Numbered from the stretch's first letter, positions 1 to 10,350 are shown. The stretch: DNA of 64,000 nucleotides from Gammaproteobacteria bacterium (GCA_011772965.1 WVYN01000021.1:124224-188223), one strand, 5' to 3'. Notes: a model not told the origin generated them from the sequence alone. Translations and numbers: made by a program.

Positions 1-2
1 TT

Positions 3-32
3 CCAGGGAGCCCGCTGGCTCCCTGGATTTTT
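3..32 (+). terminator. Rho-independent terminator of an upstream + strand gene: CCAGGGAGCC-CGCT-GGCTCCCTGG followed by ATTTTT
   Basis: Perfect 10-bp inverted repeat with a 4-nt loop and a T-run, read directly from the sequence. Confidence 0.7.
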
Positions 33-61
33 AGCGGTGTAACAATACGAGGGCCTGAACT

Positions 62-574
62 ATGCGTTGTCCATTTTGCTCAGATATGGATACGCGAGTA
101 ATAGATTCCCGTCTGGTGGGTGAGGGAGACCAGATACGACGCCGTCGTGAATGTACACAGTGCAAGGAACGCTTCACTACCTATGAACTGGCCGAGTTAA
201 ACTATCCACGTATAATCAAGTCCGATGGCCGGCGCGAGGCATTTATGGAAGATAAGTTACGTGGAGGCATCATGCGTGCAATCGAAAAACGTCCTGTCGA
301 AATTGAGAAAGTTGATATCGCAGTGGAGCAGATCAAGCATAAGCTTCGGGCGCTCGGTGAGCGTGAAGTTAAATCCAGAAAGGTGGGAAACTGGGTAATG
401 GAGCAATTGCGCGGACTTGACCAGGTGGCTTATGTTAGGTTTGCATCGGTATACCGAAGTTTTGAAGATGTTCGTGCATTCCTTGATGAAATTGAACGGT
501 TGGAAAATGAATTACCCCCGGAATTAAAAAGAAATCAGCTGGACTTGTTACCTTCTGATGGTGACAAGAATTGA
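62..574 (+). CDS. nrdR: Transcriptional repressor NrdR
   Basis: The N-terminus MRCPFCS...DTRVIDSR carries a Zn-ribbon CxxC...CxxC followed by an ATP-cone. The stop overlaps the ribD start (ATGA). Confidence 0.9.
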   Translation: MRCPFCSDMDTRVIDSRLVGEGDQIRRRRECTQCKERFTTYELAELNYPRIIKSDGRREAFMEDKLRGGIMRAIEKRPVEIEKVDIAVEQIKHKLRALGEREVKSRKVGNWVMEQLRGLDQVAYVRFASVYRSFEDVRAFLDEIERLENELPPELKRNQLDLLPSDGDKN

Positions 575-1677
575 AGTGGACAGGTACTGATTATCAATTC
601 ATGTCCCGTGCCTTGCAACTTGCCAGCAAGGGCCTATATTCCACCCATCCTAATCCCTGCGTCGGCTGTGTCCTGGTAAAAAACGGCCAGATTGTTGCAG
701 AGGGCTGGCACCGGATAACCGGTGGACCACATGCCGAGATTGTTGCACTGGAAAATGCCGGTCAACTTGCCAGCGGTGCTGATTGTTACGTGACTCTTGA
801 GCCGTGCTCACATGCCGGCAAAACACCACCCTGTACCCGGACATTGATTGATGCCGGTGTTACCCGGGTTGTTGCGGCCATGGCTGATCCAAATCCGCTG
901 GTAGCCGGACGGGGATTGAAGGAATTAAGAGATGCCGGCCTGGTAGTTGAAAGTGGCTTGATGGAGGCACAGGCGAGAAAACTGAATCGTGGATTTGAAA
1001 AAAGGATGAAGGAACAAATGCCATTTGTACGTTGCAAGCTGGCCATGAGTGTAGATGGACGTACTGCAATGGCCGATGGAACCAGTCAGTGGATAACTGG
1101 GACCGAGGCCAGACGCGATGTTCATCAATTACGGGCGGCAAGTTCGGCAATCATGACTGGCATAGAAACCGTGTTAAGGGATGATCCACGACTGAATATC
1201 CGGGAAATCGATGGAATAGAACGTCAACCTTTACGGGTAATTCTGGACCGCAAGCTAAGGACGCCCGCAGATGCCAGGATATTCTCATGCCCGGGCAGGG
1301 TACTCATTTTTACCCTGCAGGAAGCGCAAGATAATAGGGCCCTTGAAGCCATAGAAAATCTGGAAATTATCTCGTTAGCTTCCCCTGACAAATTCCTTGA
1401 ACAGGTCTTACATAACCTGGCAATGAAACGCCAGGTCAACGAGGTCTTGCTGGAGTGCGGTGCTACACTGGCTGGCGCCATGCTTGAGGCAGGTCTGATA
1501 AACGAGCTGGTAATCTACATGGCACCTGTGTTGCTTGGCCATAATGCAAGGCCATTACTGAATATTCCGGGCATAAAACGCATTACAGACAAGGTAATGC
1601 TTGATTTCAGTGAGATACGAATGGTTGGCAAGGACTGTCGTATAATAATGGGTATTAAGAACCAGCGGGCGGTATAA
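571..1677 (+). CDS. ribD: Bifunctional riboflavin biosynthesis protein RibD (pyrimidine deaminase/reductase)
   Basis: Deaminase motifs HAEI and PCxxC ([14 protein letters not shown]) and a C-terminal reductase domain. 368 aa, sitting between nrdR and ribE. Confidence 0.9.
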   Translation: MKWTGTDYQFMSRALQLASKGLYSTHPNPCVGCVLVKNGQIVAEGWHRITGGPHAEIVALENAGQLASGADCYVTLEPCSHAGKTPPCTRTLIDAGVTRVVAAMADPNPLVAGRGLKELRDAGLVVESGLMEAQARKLNRGFEKRMKEQMPFVRCKLAMSVDGRTAMADGTSQWITGTEARRDVHQLRAASSAIMTGIETVLRDDPRLNIREIDGIERQPLRVILDRKLRTPADARIFSCPGRVLIFTLQEAQDNRALEAIENLEIISLASPDKFLEQVLHNLAMKRQVNEVLLECGATLAGAMLEAGLINELVIYMAPVLLGHNARPLLNIPGIKRITDKVMLDFSEIRMVGKDCRIIMGIKNQRAV

Positions 1678-1680
1678 GTT

Positions 1681-2274
1681 TTGTTTACCGGAATCATACA
1701 ATCAATCGGAACACTGTCCTTGATCGAGGACCATGATGATGACAAGCGATTGACGATTGATGTGGGCAGCATGGATACCGGGGATTTTAACGCGGGTGAC
1801 AGCATCTGTGTTAATGGTGTCTGTCTGACTGTGGTTGGATTGGCTGGCAGGCGATTTATCGCAGATATCTCAACTGAATCCCTGCTATGTACCAGCCTTG
1901 GGAGTTTAAAATCGGATAGCAAGGTGAATCTTGAAAAGTCCCTGCAACTTGGAGATCGCTTGCATGGGCATATGGTCACGGGCCATGTTGATGGTATTGG
2001 TAAAATCCTGACACGTAAGGAAGATGCACGCTCGATTCGTTTCTATATTGAATTGCCTGTAGAACTTCACAGGTATGTCAGCAAGAAAGGATCGATTTGT
2101 GTTGATGGTGTAAGCCTGACTGTAAATGATAAAGATTCAAAAGGATTTATGGTTAATATTATTCCACATACCTTGGACCAGACGATATTTTCTGAATATA
2201 TCCCGGGTACCCTTGTAAATATTGAAGTTGATCTGATAGCCAGATACCTTGAGACATTAATTCCGAAAACCTGA
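1681..2274 (+). CDS. ribE: Riboflavin synthase alpha subunit
   Basis: Starts MFTGIIQSIG from a TTG start. There is an internal lumazine-binding repeat (GDSICVNGVCLT / GSICVDGVSLT). 197 aa. Confidence 0.85.
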   Translation: MFTGIIQSIGTLSLIEDHDDDKRLTIDVGSMDTGDFNAGDSICVNGVCLTVVGLAGRRFIADISTESLLCTSLGSLKSDSKVNLEKSLQLGDRLHGHMVTGHVDGIGKILTRKEDARSIRFYIELPVELHRYVSKKGSICVDGVSLTVNDKDSKGFMVNIIPHTLDQTIFSEYIPGTLVNIEVDLIARYLETLIPKT

Positions 2275-2287
2275 ATACAGCATTGCA

Positions 2288-3391
2288 ATGGCATTAAATA
2301 CTACCGAAGAACTGATTGAGGACATCAGTAAAGGCAAAATAGTTATTCTCATGGATGACGAGGATCGTGAAAATGAGGGAGATCTGGTGATCGCGGCCGG
2401 ATGCGTATGTCCGGAAGATATTAATTTTATGGCACGATATGGCCGCGGTTTGATTTGCCTGACATTGACCCGGGAACATTGCAAACGTCTGAACTTGCCC
2501 TTGATGGCCGGTAATACCTATTCCAGTGAAAATACAAACTTCACTGTCTCGATCGAGGCCGCTGAAGGTGTGACGACCGGCATATCTGCAGCAGACCGCG
2601 CCTATACTATCAAGACCGCTGTGGCAAAAGATGCCAAACCATCAGATTTGGTCCAGCCCGGTCACGTCTTCCCGCTCATGGCGCATCCTGGTGGTGTGCT
2701 TTCCCGTGCAGGCCATACTGAGGCTGGTTGTGATCTTGCGAGACTTGCCGGCCTTGTCCCAGCGGCTGTCATTGTTGAAATACTTAAAGACGACGGCACC
2801 ATGGCACGACGAGAAGACCTGGAAGCTTTTGCAAAGGAGCATAAATTAAAAATCGGTACCATTGCGAGTCTGATCCATTACCGCATTGAAAATGAAAAAA
2901 CCGTAGAACGTGTATACGAAGGACACTTGTCAACGACTTATGGCGATTTCAAACTCATTGTCTTCAAGGACGGGCTTGAAGACAAGCTGCACTTTGCCAT
3001 GATTAAGGGCGAGATTGATCCGGAAATACCTGTCATGGTCCGGGTTCATTTGGCCAATGCAATTTGCGATCTTACAGGTAGTCTTCGTGAAAACTGTGGT
3101 TGGCCCATTGGTGATGTTCTGCAACGAATCTCGAATGAGGAATCCGGGGTGGTTGTCATCCTCTCTGACCAAGTTGGTCCGGAAGAAATGATGCAGCAGC
3201 TGGAAATGATTGATCCCGAACATGAACGTAACAGTCTTCCTGCCAAGAAAAGCAGGGATCTGCGTACCATCGGTCTGGGTGCACAGATCCTGGCTGATGT
3301 CGGTGTCAGGAAAATGCGTGTCCTCAGTGCACCAAAGAAAATACATGCCATTTCCGGTTTTGGACTGGAAGTGGTCGAATATGTTAGCTAG
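2288..3391 (+). CDS. ribBA: Bifunctional DHBP synthase / GTP cyclohydrolase II (RibBA)
   Basis: The N-terminal RibB part has DDEDRENEGDL and the C-terminal part looks like GTP cyclohydrolase II. 367 aa. Confidence 0.9.
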   Translation: MALNTTEELIEDISKGKIVILMDDEDRENEGDLVIAAGCVCPEDINFMARYGRGLICLTLTREHCKRLNLPLMAGNTYSSENTNFTVSIEAAEGVTTGISAADRAYTIKTAVAKDAKPSDLVQPGHVFPLMAHPGGVLSRAGHTEAGCDLARLAGLVPAAVIVEILKDDGTMARREDLEAFAKEHKLKIGTIASLIHYRIENEKTVERVYEGHLSTTYGDFKLIVFKDGLEDKLHFAMIKGEIDPEIPVMVRVHLANAICDLTGSLRENCGWPIGDVLQRISNEESGVVVILSDQVGPEEMMQQLEMIDPEHERNSLPAKKSRDLRTIGLGAQILADVGVRKMRVLSAPKKIHAISGFGLEVVEYVS

Positions 3392-3410
3392 AAAAGAATA
3401 AATTGAAGCC

Positions 3411-3884
3411 ATGTCGACATATACATTGATTGAAGGCAGTAAATCTGTTGACAATGCTAACATTGCCATCATTGCTAGCCGTTTTAACAGTTTTATTGTC
3501 GATCGCCTTGTATCCTCCTGCCTGGAAACACTGCAGCAAGCCGGCCTGGATGAAACGCAAGTTTTATTGGTGTGGGTGCCCGGCGCATTCGAAATACCGC
3601 TGGCTGCAAAGGCAATGGCCGAAAAAGACGATTGCGATGCGGTTATTGCCCTGGGCGCCGTCATCCGCGGTGAAACCCCACATTTCGAATACATTTGTAA
3701 TGAATGCTCACACGGCTTGTCCCGTATTGCTATCGAACTTAAAAAGCCGGTGATTTTCGGTGTATTGACTGTTGATAATGCCGAACAGGCTCTCGCGCGT
3801 GCGGGAGAGGAGGAGAGTAATAAGGGCGCCGAAGCAGCACGGACAGCGATAGAAATGATCAACCTTATGCGCGAAATAGATTAA
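3411..3884 (+). CDS. ribH: 6,7-dimethyl-8-ribityllumazine synthase
   Basis: 157 aa; it has the typical ARFN...VPGAFE...ALGAVIRGET pattern. Confidence 0.9.
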   Translation: MSTYTLIEGSKSVDNANIAIIASRFNSFIVDRLVSSCLETLQQAGLDETQVLLVWVPGAFEIPLAAKAMAEKDDCDAVIALGAVIRGETPHFEYICNECSHGLSRIAIELKKPVIFGVLTVDNAEQALARAGEEESNKGAEAARTAIEMINLMREID

Positions 3885-4342
3885 TGATAACCCGGACAGA
3901 AAATACATCTTCAAAACAACGCAGGATCAGGGCCAGACGTTCGGCCGTGCAGGCTCTTTACCAGTGGGGAATGACCAATTCAGATGTCGAGGAAATCATT
4001 TCCGAGTTTTTGAATGAGCGCAGTGAGATCAAGAAGGCTGATGCAGAGTATTTTTGTGAACTGGTAAAAGGCACATTGGCAAACATGGCAAACTTAATAA
4101 ATGAACTAAAACCATATCTTGACAGGCCCATTGATTCACTTGATCCGGTTGAAAGGGCCGTGTTGCTGGTCAGCCTATATGAACTGATCTATCGTCCGGA
4201 ATTACCCTGGCGAGTTGTCGTTAACGAATCCGTGGAACTGGCAAAGATGTTTGGTGCCGAGCAGTCCCATAAATTCATAAATGGCGTTATGGACAAGGTT
4301 GCTCATAAGATACGCTCCGTTGAAATCAGCAATGCGAGCTGA
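3884..4342 (+). CDS. nusB: Transcription antitermination factor NusB
   Basis: 152 aa with RRxARxxAxQALYQW at the N-terminus, in the canonical ribH-nusB-thiL order. Confidence 0.9.
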   Translation: MITRTENTSSKQRRIRARRSAVQALYQWGMTNSDVEEIISEFLNERSEIKKADAEYFCELVKGTLANMANLINELKPYLDRPIDSLDPVERAVLLVSLYELIYRPELPWRVVVNESVELAKMFGAEQSHKFINGVMDKVAHKIRSVEISNAS

Positions 4343-4347
4343 ATTCA

Positions 4348-5310
4348 ATGTCACTTTCTGAATTTGAGTTAATCAGGAAATTTTTCAAGCCCGCTGAACG
4401 ACCCTCACATGGTATACGTTGTGGTATTGGAGATGATGCCGCGATTGTATCTGTGCCGGAAAATTTCGAACTCGCCATTTCAACGGATACTCTGGTCTCT
4501 GGTATTCACTTTCCTGAAACCACATCTGCTGAAGATATCGGTTACAAGGCATTAGCAGTGAATCTGAGTGATTTAGCTGCCATGGGCGCATCTCCGGTGT
4601 GGGTTACCCTCGCTTTGACCCTGCCCAATGCTGATGAAACCTGGTTGCAGGGGTTTATGTCTGGTTTTAATACACTAGCTGAATACTACAATCTTTCGTT
4701 GATTGGTGGTGACCTGACCCATGGTCCATTATCGGTCACGATACAGGTAATGGGTTTCCTGCCAAAAGGCTCTGGTCTGTTACGCAGTGGTGCTGAAGAT
4801 AATGATCTGATCTATGTTACTGGAACTTTAGGTGATGCAGGACTGGCATTGAAAGAATTAAAGCAGGATATACAAATCGATAGCATTCATACCGATTATC
4901 TCTCTCAACGCTTGAACCGTCCGACGCCACGCGTTGAACTCGGCAAGTTACTGCATAATATAGCCAATAGTGTAATTGATATTTCTGATGGCTTGCTCGC
5001 TGATCTTGACCATATACTGCAAGAAAGTGGTGCCGGGGCATCTATACAGACAAAAGACATCCCTCTATCCGATGCGCTTATCAGTCTCGACAGGGAAATA
5101 GCATTGCAACTCGCATTTAGCTCAGGCGATGACTATGAACTCTGTTTTACAGTTCCCGAAGAAAACAGGGAGAACCTGGAAAAGGCCTCGGCCGGAATTT
5201 GCCGCATCAGTTGCATAGGCAGAATCTCAAGGCCGGGCAAGGGAATAGAAATAAAGGACAATGCAGGAAGACAGGTTAAATTGCTGGCAAAGGGTTACCG
5301 GCATTTTTGA
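4348..5310 (+). CDS. thiL: Thiamine-monophosphate kinase ThiL
   Basis: 320 aa with the AIR-synthase-related fold motifs (GIGDDAA, GGDLT). Confidence 0.85.
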   Translation: MSLSEFELIRKFFKPAERPSHGIRCGIGDDAAIVSVPENFELAISTDTLVSGIHFPETTSAEDIGYKALAVNLSDLAAMGASPVWVTLALTLPNADETWLQGFMSGFNTLAEYYNLSLIGGDLTHGPLSVTIQVMGFLPKGSGLLRSGAEDNDLIYVTGTLGDAGLALKELKQDIQIDSIHTDYLSQRLNRPTPRVELGKLLHNIANSVIDISDGLLADLDHILQESGAGASIQTKDIPLSDALISLDREIALQLAFSSGDDYELCFTVPEENRENLEKASAGICRISCIGRISRPGKGIEIKDNAGRQVKLLAKGYRHF

Positions 5311-5820
5311 TTATTCAACTACATCCTTGTTGTAGTCTTCGATACCTGAAGTTATCTCCAGGTTACGTCGGGTTATCTCTTCCCGCATCTTCTTACGCAT
5401 CAAGGCAGCCTCATAAAGCTTACGTTCAAAATCAGTCTTGAGTTCGAGTGGCGGTGCCTTGATGGGTTTACCATCCTCGCCCATGGAAACCATTGTAAAA
5501 TAACAGGAATTGGTATGGCGTTTTTTCTTGCTATGCAGATCTTCAGCGATGACTTTAACGCCAATTTCCATTGAGGACGTACCCACATAATTCACATTCG
5601 CACGAAATGAGACCAGTTCACCGACATTAATCGGGTTCTTGAAACTGACCTGGTCCAGTGAAACAGTAACAACATAGCACTTGCAGTAACGGGCGGCACA
5701 GGCAAAGGCCACCTGGTCAAGTAATTTCAACAATGCACCACCATGGACCTTGCCGGAAAAATTGGCCATGTCCGGGGTCATGAGAATAGTCATATGCAGG
5801 GTTTTTTCCTGGTCACTCAT
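5311..5820 (-). CDS. Acyl-CoA thioester hydrolase (YciA-like, hotdog fold)
   Basis: Contains ANFSGKVHGGALLKLLDQVAF. It is convergent with thiL with zero gap. Confidence 0.7.
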   Translation of the reverse strand: MSDQEKTLHMTILMTPDMANFSGKVHGGALLKLLDQVAFACAARYCKCYVVTVSLDQVSFKNPINVGELVSFRANVNYVGTSSMEIGVKVIAEDLHSKKKRHTNSCYFTMVSMGEDGKPIKAPPLELKTDFERKLYEAALMRKKMREEITRRNLEITSGIEDYNKDVVE

Positions 5821-5852
5821 GGGTAAACCTTTTGTTATTTTTCTATTATTTA

Positions 5853-6416
5853 TTAAAGAGTAATATAACCTTCACCGGTTAGTCGCTTGAATTCATCCGG
5901 GGCAAAAGGCACACTTTCGATAAAAGCGGGAATATCATTTTTGTCTACTCCGCGCTTGTTCAGGGTCATTTCACAGACTTTCATGTCAATTACTTCATAA
6001 GCGTCCAGTTTGGCCGCAAGGTCTACCAGTTGCCGGTTCTGTTCGTAATTGTCCTCACGAAACCACTCAATATCAGGACCATGGATGATCATTACAATTT
6101 CAAGATCATCATACTGATCACGTTCAAGCTGACTTATCTCATTTACCCTTTCCAGCAGTTCATGGAGTTCTTCAATACTGTGGTCTGACACATCAAAAAG
6201 GTAATTGGTATTGCCGATATTGAATTGCCGCTTTGCCGGCAACCTGTCTACTGATGGCATATCTGTGATGACAGGCGCTGGTGCAACAGCGATTTCAGGT
6301 GTATCCATATATTCTTCATTGTCACAGCCATACATCAACAGGCCAGTAAAAAGCACGGATAATAAAAATAGTATTCTCATGAATATCATTATCATCAATC
6401 CGGGACGGGCCCACAA
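5853..6416 (-). CDS. DsrE/DsrF-like (COG1416-type) protein, predicted lipoprotein
   Basis: The hydrophobic N-terminus ends in the lipobox LMYGC; the likely true start is MRILFLL at 6380. The C-terminal part (IIHGPDI...VCEMTL...VPFAPDEFKRL) resembles the DsrE-like family. Confidence 0.5.
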   Translation of the reverse strand: MWARPGLMIMIFMRILFLLSVLFTGLLMYGCDNEEYMDTPEIAVAPAPVITDMPSVDRLPAKRQFNIGNTNYLFDVSDHSIEELHELLERVNEISQLERDQYDDLEIVMIIHGPDIEWFREDNYEQNRQLVDLAAKLDAYEVIDMKVCEMTLNKRGVDKNDIPAFIESVPFAPDEFKRLTGEGYITL

Positions 6417-6491
6417 GGCCCCCCAAAACCGTACTGGGAACCCGGTCTTTGGACAGGTAAACTAGGTCAATTTCAACTGAAAATCAGTACC

Positions 6492-7262
6492 ATGTGTGAA
6501 CTGCTCGGGCTCAGTGCCAATGTACCCACGGACATCTGCTTCAGCTTTACCGGTCTGGTACAGCGTGGTGGTCGGACCGGCCCACACCGTGATGGTTGGG
6601 GGATAAGCATTTACGAGGGCCGGGGCAGTCGTTCATTTCATGATCCCCGGCCCAGTGTGGCGTCAGAAATCGCGGAACTTATCAAGCGTTATGCGATTAA
6701 AAGCCGTATTATCATCAGCCATATCCGTCAGGCCAATCGCGGACGCGTGTGCCTGGAAAATACCCACCCGTTTACCCGGGAACTCTGGGGATGCAGCTGG
6801 ACATTTGCCCATAATGGCCAGTTGCGCGGCATAAAGAAAAAACGCCTGAAATACTACAAGCCCATCGGTTCAACAGACAGTGAGTATGCCTTTTGCTGGA
6901 TGCTGGACCGGATCCGGGAGAAATATCCACGTCGCCTGAAAAGCCAAAAAGCACTCTGGCAATATATTCATCAACTGGCAAAAGAAATCAATAAACTTGG
7001 TGTTTTCAGTTTTCTGCTGAGTGATTCATATTATCTCTATGCCTATTGCACGAATAATATGTGCTGGCTTACCCGCCGGGCCCCGTTTGGTAAGGCCAGG
7101 TCAATTGATACAGGCGAGGTTGTTGATTTCAGCAAATTGACCACGCCGAAAGATATTGTCACGGTAATTGCTTCACGGCCACTCACGGACGACGAGTCCT
7201 GGAATGAAATGGAACGCGGAGAATTTATCATTTTTGAAAATGGAATTCGTAAACAAATTTGA
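6492..7262 (+). CDS. Class II (Ntn) glutamine amidotransferase, YafJ-like
   Basis: MCELLG puts the nucleophile Cys right after the Met, and a HxRxAxxG motif is present. Confidence 0.7.
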   Translation: MCELLGLSANVPTDICFSFTGLVQRGGRTGPHRDGWGISIYEGRGSRSFHDPRPSVASEIAELIKRYAIKSRIIISHIRQANRGRVCLENTHPFTRELWGCSWTFAHNGQLRGIKKKRLKYYKPIGSTDSEYAFCWMLDRIREKYPRRLKSQKALWQYIHQLAKEINKLGVFSFLLSDSYYLYAYCTNNMCWLTRRAPFGKARSIDTGEVVDFSKLTTPKDIVTVIASRPLTDDESWNEMERGEFIIFENGIRKQI

Positions 7263-7271
7263 ATCGAACTT

Positions 7272-7661
7272 ATGAAAGAAGACATACTCAAAGCCAATCA
7301 GTCTTTTTACAAGGCCTTTGCCAATGGTGATCATGAGGCAATGGACGCGCTCTGGGCAAGGAAGCATGCGGTGTCTGTTATACATCCGGGCTGGGGTGGT
7401 TTACATGGCCGTAATGCGGTCATGGACAGCTGGAGACGCATTCTTGAAGGAGATAACAATAATGATATCCAGTGCGAGCAGCCAATCGTTTTCCTTACGC
7501 ATGATCTGGCTTATGTCACCTGTCATGAGGTATTTCCCAATGGCCAATTAATCGCAACTAATATCTTTATATGGGAAGACAACACCTGGCGCATGGTACA
7601 TCACCAGGCGGGACCGTTGAATCAACCCGGAAACACATCCGGGCAGACATCTGTTCACTAG
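7272..7661 (+). CDS. SnoaL-like / NTF2-fold protein (DUF4440-like)
   Basis: 129 aa; the pattern FYKAFANGDHEAMDALWA...W is typical of this fold. Confidence 0.5.
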   Translation: MKEDILKANQSFYKAFANGDHEAMDALWARKHAVSVIHPGWGGLHGRNAVMDSWRRILEGDNNNDIQCEQPIVFLTHDLAYVTCHEVFPNGQLIATNIFIWEDNTWRMVHHQAGPLNQPGNTSGQTSVH

Positions 7662-7941
7662 GTTAAGATTGATTAATTTATGACTTGTGAATATTGAGCG
7701 AGGTGAATAATGGAACCCTGGATGGCCTTAACTTATTTTCAGGAATAATAATTTTTATCGTTGCTTGATAAAGAAAGGCCAACAAGATAACCACCAGAGA
7801 AAGATGACCAGCTTCAAATCACGAGGTAAATTAGAATCAAGGACTTTTCTTATTATGTTCATTGATCACCTCAAATGTGTAAAAACCTTATTTTGAATCT
7901 TCTTTCCAGGTTTGAATTACTTCATTGGCAGCCCTGAATGC

Positions 7942-7970
7942 TTCCATGCCTGAATGACAGGTCTTATAAT
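7942..7970 (+). promoter_or_regulatory. Putative sigma70 promoter for the fumarase gene (-35 TTCCAT, 17-bp spacer, -10 TATAAT)
   Basis: Consensus TATAAT at 7965-7970, 30 bp upstream of the ATG at 8000, with an AAGGA RBS at 7986-7990. The -35 is weak. Confidence 0.25.
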
Positions 7971-7999
7971 ATAAATATTAGTCAAAAGGAATCCGCAGA

Positions 8000-9391
8000 A
8001 TGAATGACAACAAGGATTACAGAGTAGAAAAAGACAGCATGGGGGAAATCCGTGTTCCGGCGGATGCCCGCTATGGGGCCCAGACCCAGCGTGCGGTCGA
8101 GAATTTTCCTGTCAGTGGACTCACCATGCCGCGTAGCATTATCCGATCACTTGGTTTAATCAAGTCTGCCGCTGCAAGAGCCAACGGTGAACTTGGTTTG
8201 CTGGAATCGGACATGGCCGAGGCTATCCAGGCCACAGCGAACGAGGTGGCCAAGGGAAATCAGGATCAGCAGTTTCCCGTAGATGTGTTTCAGACCGGTT
8301 CCGGCACCAGTTCCAATATGAATGCCAATGAAGTAATTGCGAGTCTCGCCAGCGAAAGACTGGGGAGGAAAGTGCATCCAAATGATCACGTCAATCTGGG
8401 ACAAAGTAGTAACGATGTGATCCCGACGGCCATACAGGTCAGTGCCGGCCTGCAGGTGACGGAGGAATTGCTACCAGCACTCCGGCATCTTGCCTTGATA
8501 ATCCAGGAGCGTCGGCGGGAGATGGAAGATGTCGTCAAGACAGGGCGCACCCACCTCATGGATGCCATGCCGGTCACCATGGCGCAGGAGCTGGGCGCGT
8601 GGGAAACCCAGTGTCATGAAAATGAGGAGCGCCTGATTGCGACACTCAGGCATGTCACCGCCTTACCGATTGGTGGCACAGCGGTTGGTACTGGCGTCAA
8701 TACACATGCGGAATTTGCCGGCAAGGTGGTTTCCAGGTTAACGGATGTGACCGGTGTCGATTTCATGTCACACCACAACTGTTTTGTCGGACTGAGTACC
8801 CAGGATGTTTCGGTGGAACTCAGTGGCCAGTTGAAGACACTCGCTGTTGGTTTAATGAAAATTGCCAATGACCTGCGCTGGATGAACAGCGGTCCGCTGG
8901 CAGGTCTGGGTGAGATCGAGTTACCGGCATTGCAGCCCGGCAGCAGCATTATGCCGGGCAAGGTCAATCCTGTGATCCCGGAAGCGGTCTGTATGGTCTG
9001 TGCCCAGGTGATTGGAAACGACACCACGATCACAGTGGCCGGTCAGTCGGGAAATTTCCAGTTGAATGTCATGCTGCCAGTAGTTGCATATAATCTCTCG
9101 CAAAGTATCAACATTCTTGCAAATGTGATGGCTTTGCTGGGCGACAAAGCCATTGCTGGTTTCAAGGTTAATAATGCACAACTGGAAGCGGCACTGGATA
9201 GGAACCCGATCCTGGTAACGGCGTTGAACCCTGTCATCGGTTACGAGAAAGCCGCCGCAATCGCCAAGAAAGCCTATGCCGAGGGCAGGGCGATCATGGA
9301 TGTGGCCAGGGAGATGACTGATATCCCGGAAGACAAGCTTGAACGTTTACTTGACCCGGTGAAACTCACGAAAGGCGGCATTAAAAAATAA
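8000..9391 (+). CDS. fumC: Class II fumarate hydratase (aspartase/fumarase family)
   Basis: Carries the GSSIMPGKVNP signature plus GAQTQR, KVHPNDHVN, GRTHLMDAMPVT and GGTAVGTGVNTH, which are closer to FumC than AspA. The segment after the signature (VIPEAV) is aspartase-like. Confidence 0.75.
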   Translation: MNDNKDYRVEKDSMGEIRVPADARYGAQTQRAVENFPVSGLTMPRSIIRSLGLIKSAAARANGELGLLESDMAEAIQATANEVAKGNQDQQFPVDVFQTGSGTSSNMNANEVIASLASERLGRKVHPNDHVNLGQSSNDVIPTAIQVSAGLQVTEELLPALRHLALIIQERRREMEDVVKTGRTHLMDAMPVTMAQELGAWETQCHENEERLIATLRHVTALPIGGTAVGTGVNTHAEFAGKVVSRLTDVTGVDFMSHHNCFVGLSTQDVSVELSGQLKTLAVGLMKIANDLRWMNSGPLAGLGEIELPALQPGSSIMPGKVNPVIPEAVCMVCAQVIGNDTTITVAGQSGNFQLNVMLPVVAYNLSQSINILANVMALLGDKAIAGFKVNNAQLEAALDRNPILVTALNPVIGYEKAAAIAKKAYAEGRAIMDVAREMTDIPEDKLERLLDPVKLTKGGIKK

Positions 9392-9434
9392 TCCTTAATA
9401 ATCACTCAGCCAAGTCAACAATAAGTAATAATTC

Positions 9435-9929
9435 ATGATAAAAATCAGTCACGTTTTGCTTTTATTCTTGTTCGTTAACAATGTCCAGGCACATCCAATT
9501 GACGATCAACGTGATCAAACCGACCAGGTCATCATGCTGGCACAAAATGAAAAAACAGTGCCTGCACCTAATGACACCCTGATGGATCTTACCGGTCCTA
9601 CGGAAACAAAAGGCATCGCCTCTATCGATCCCATGGGGATTGTGGATCTGGGCAATGAATTCCCCGGCATGGAAGGCCGGCAGTTACGCGCAAGAATCTT
9701 TACCATCGAACCCGGTGGTGTGATCGCCATCCACACCCATAATCAAAGGCCCGGTTATGCCTATATCATCAGCGGCAGGATCATCGAGCACCGCAATGAT
9801 AATGCAAAACCTATCGTCCGCATCCCGGGACAGATCGCCATGGAAAAATCAGGAATTACACATTGGTGGGAAAATACATTTGATGATCCGGTGAAAGCAC
9901 TGGTGGTAGATATTTTTACACCTGATTAG
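9435..9929 (+). CDS. Secreted cupin-domain protein
   Basis: Signal peptide MIKISHVLLLFLFVNNVQA; cupin motifs (IHTHNQRPGYAYIISG). Confidence 0.55.
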   Translation: MIKISHVLLLFLFVNNVQAHPIDDQRDQTDQVIMLAQNEKTVPAPNDTLMDLTGPTETKGIASIDPMGIVDLGNEFPGMEGRQLRARIFTIEPGGVIAIHTHNQRPGYAYIISGRIIEHRNDNAKPIVRIPGQIAMEKSGITHWWENTFDDPVKALVVDIFTPD

Positions 9930-9972
9930 GTAGTGCCGGATGTCAGTATGGTATGTAGATGAGCAATAAAAA

Positions 9973-10350
9973 ATGGACATAAAAAAATATTTCCTGATCC
10001 TGTCATTTCTACTGGTGTCTGTCATTGCGATGCTTTATGGAATATCTCCCCAATGGTTCACATACACGTTTCTAGGTATTTCTGATCTGAATTTGAATCT
10101 TGCGCATATACTCAGGGCGGTAATGTGTCTTTATATTTCGCTGGGTTTATTCTGGTTATTGTCTGCCTTTAGTCAGCGATACAGAAACATGGCTGTACTT
10201 ACGACTATCATTTTTGCTGCTGGTCTTGTTGTCGGGAGGGTGTTAAGTTTTGTTGTTGATGGCATACCTTCACCATTGCTGGTATTTTACCTGGTGATAG
10301 AATTAATTTTTATCCCTCTTGCATACTGGGTTTTCAGACTCCCTGAATGA
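9973..10350 (+). CDS. Small polytopic membrane protein (DUF4345-like)
   Basis: 125 aa with four hydrophobic segments. Confidence 0.45.
   Translation: MDIKKYFLILSFLLVSVIAMLYGISPQWFTYTFLGISDLNLNLAHILRAVMCLYISLGLFWLLSAFSQRYRNMAVLTTIIFAAGLVVGRVLSFVVDGIPSPLLVFYLVIELIFIPLAYWVFRLPE

Noticed and set aside
574-2290. FMN riboswitch in the rib cluster
   Set aside because: The intergenic gaps are 0-13 bp, and no structured leader is visible upstream of ribBA in this window.
2930-3862. 310-aa ORF antisense to ribBA/ribH, and many similar antisense or out-of-frame ORFs of 60 aa or more (e.g. 16843-17205, 36332-36607, 42692-43072, 61185-61817)
   Set aside because: They lie inside well-supported genes on the opposite strand or in another frame and have low-complexity, Arg/Ser/Pro-rich composition, so they are spurious.
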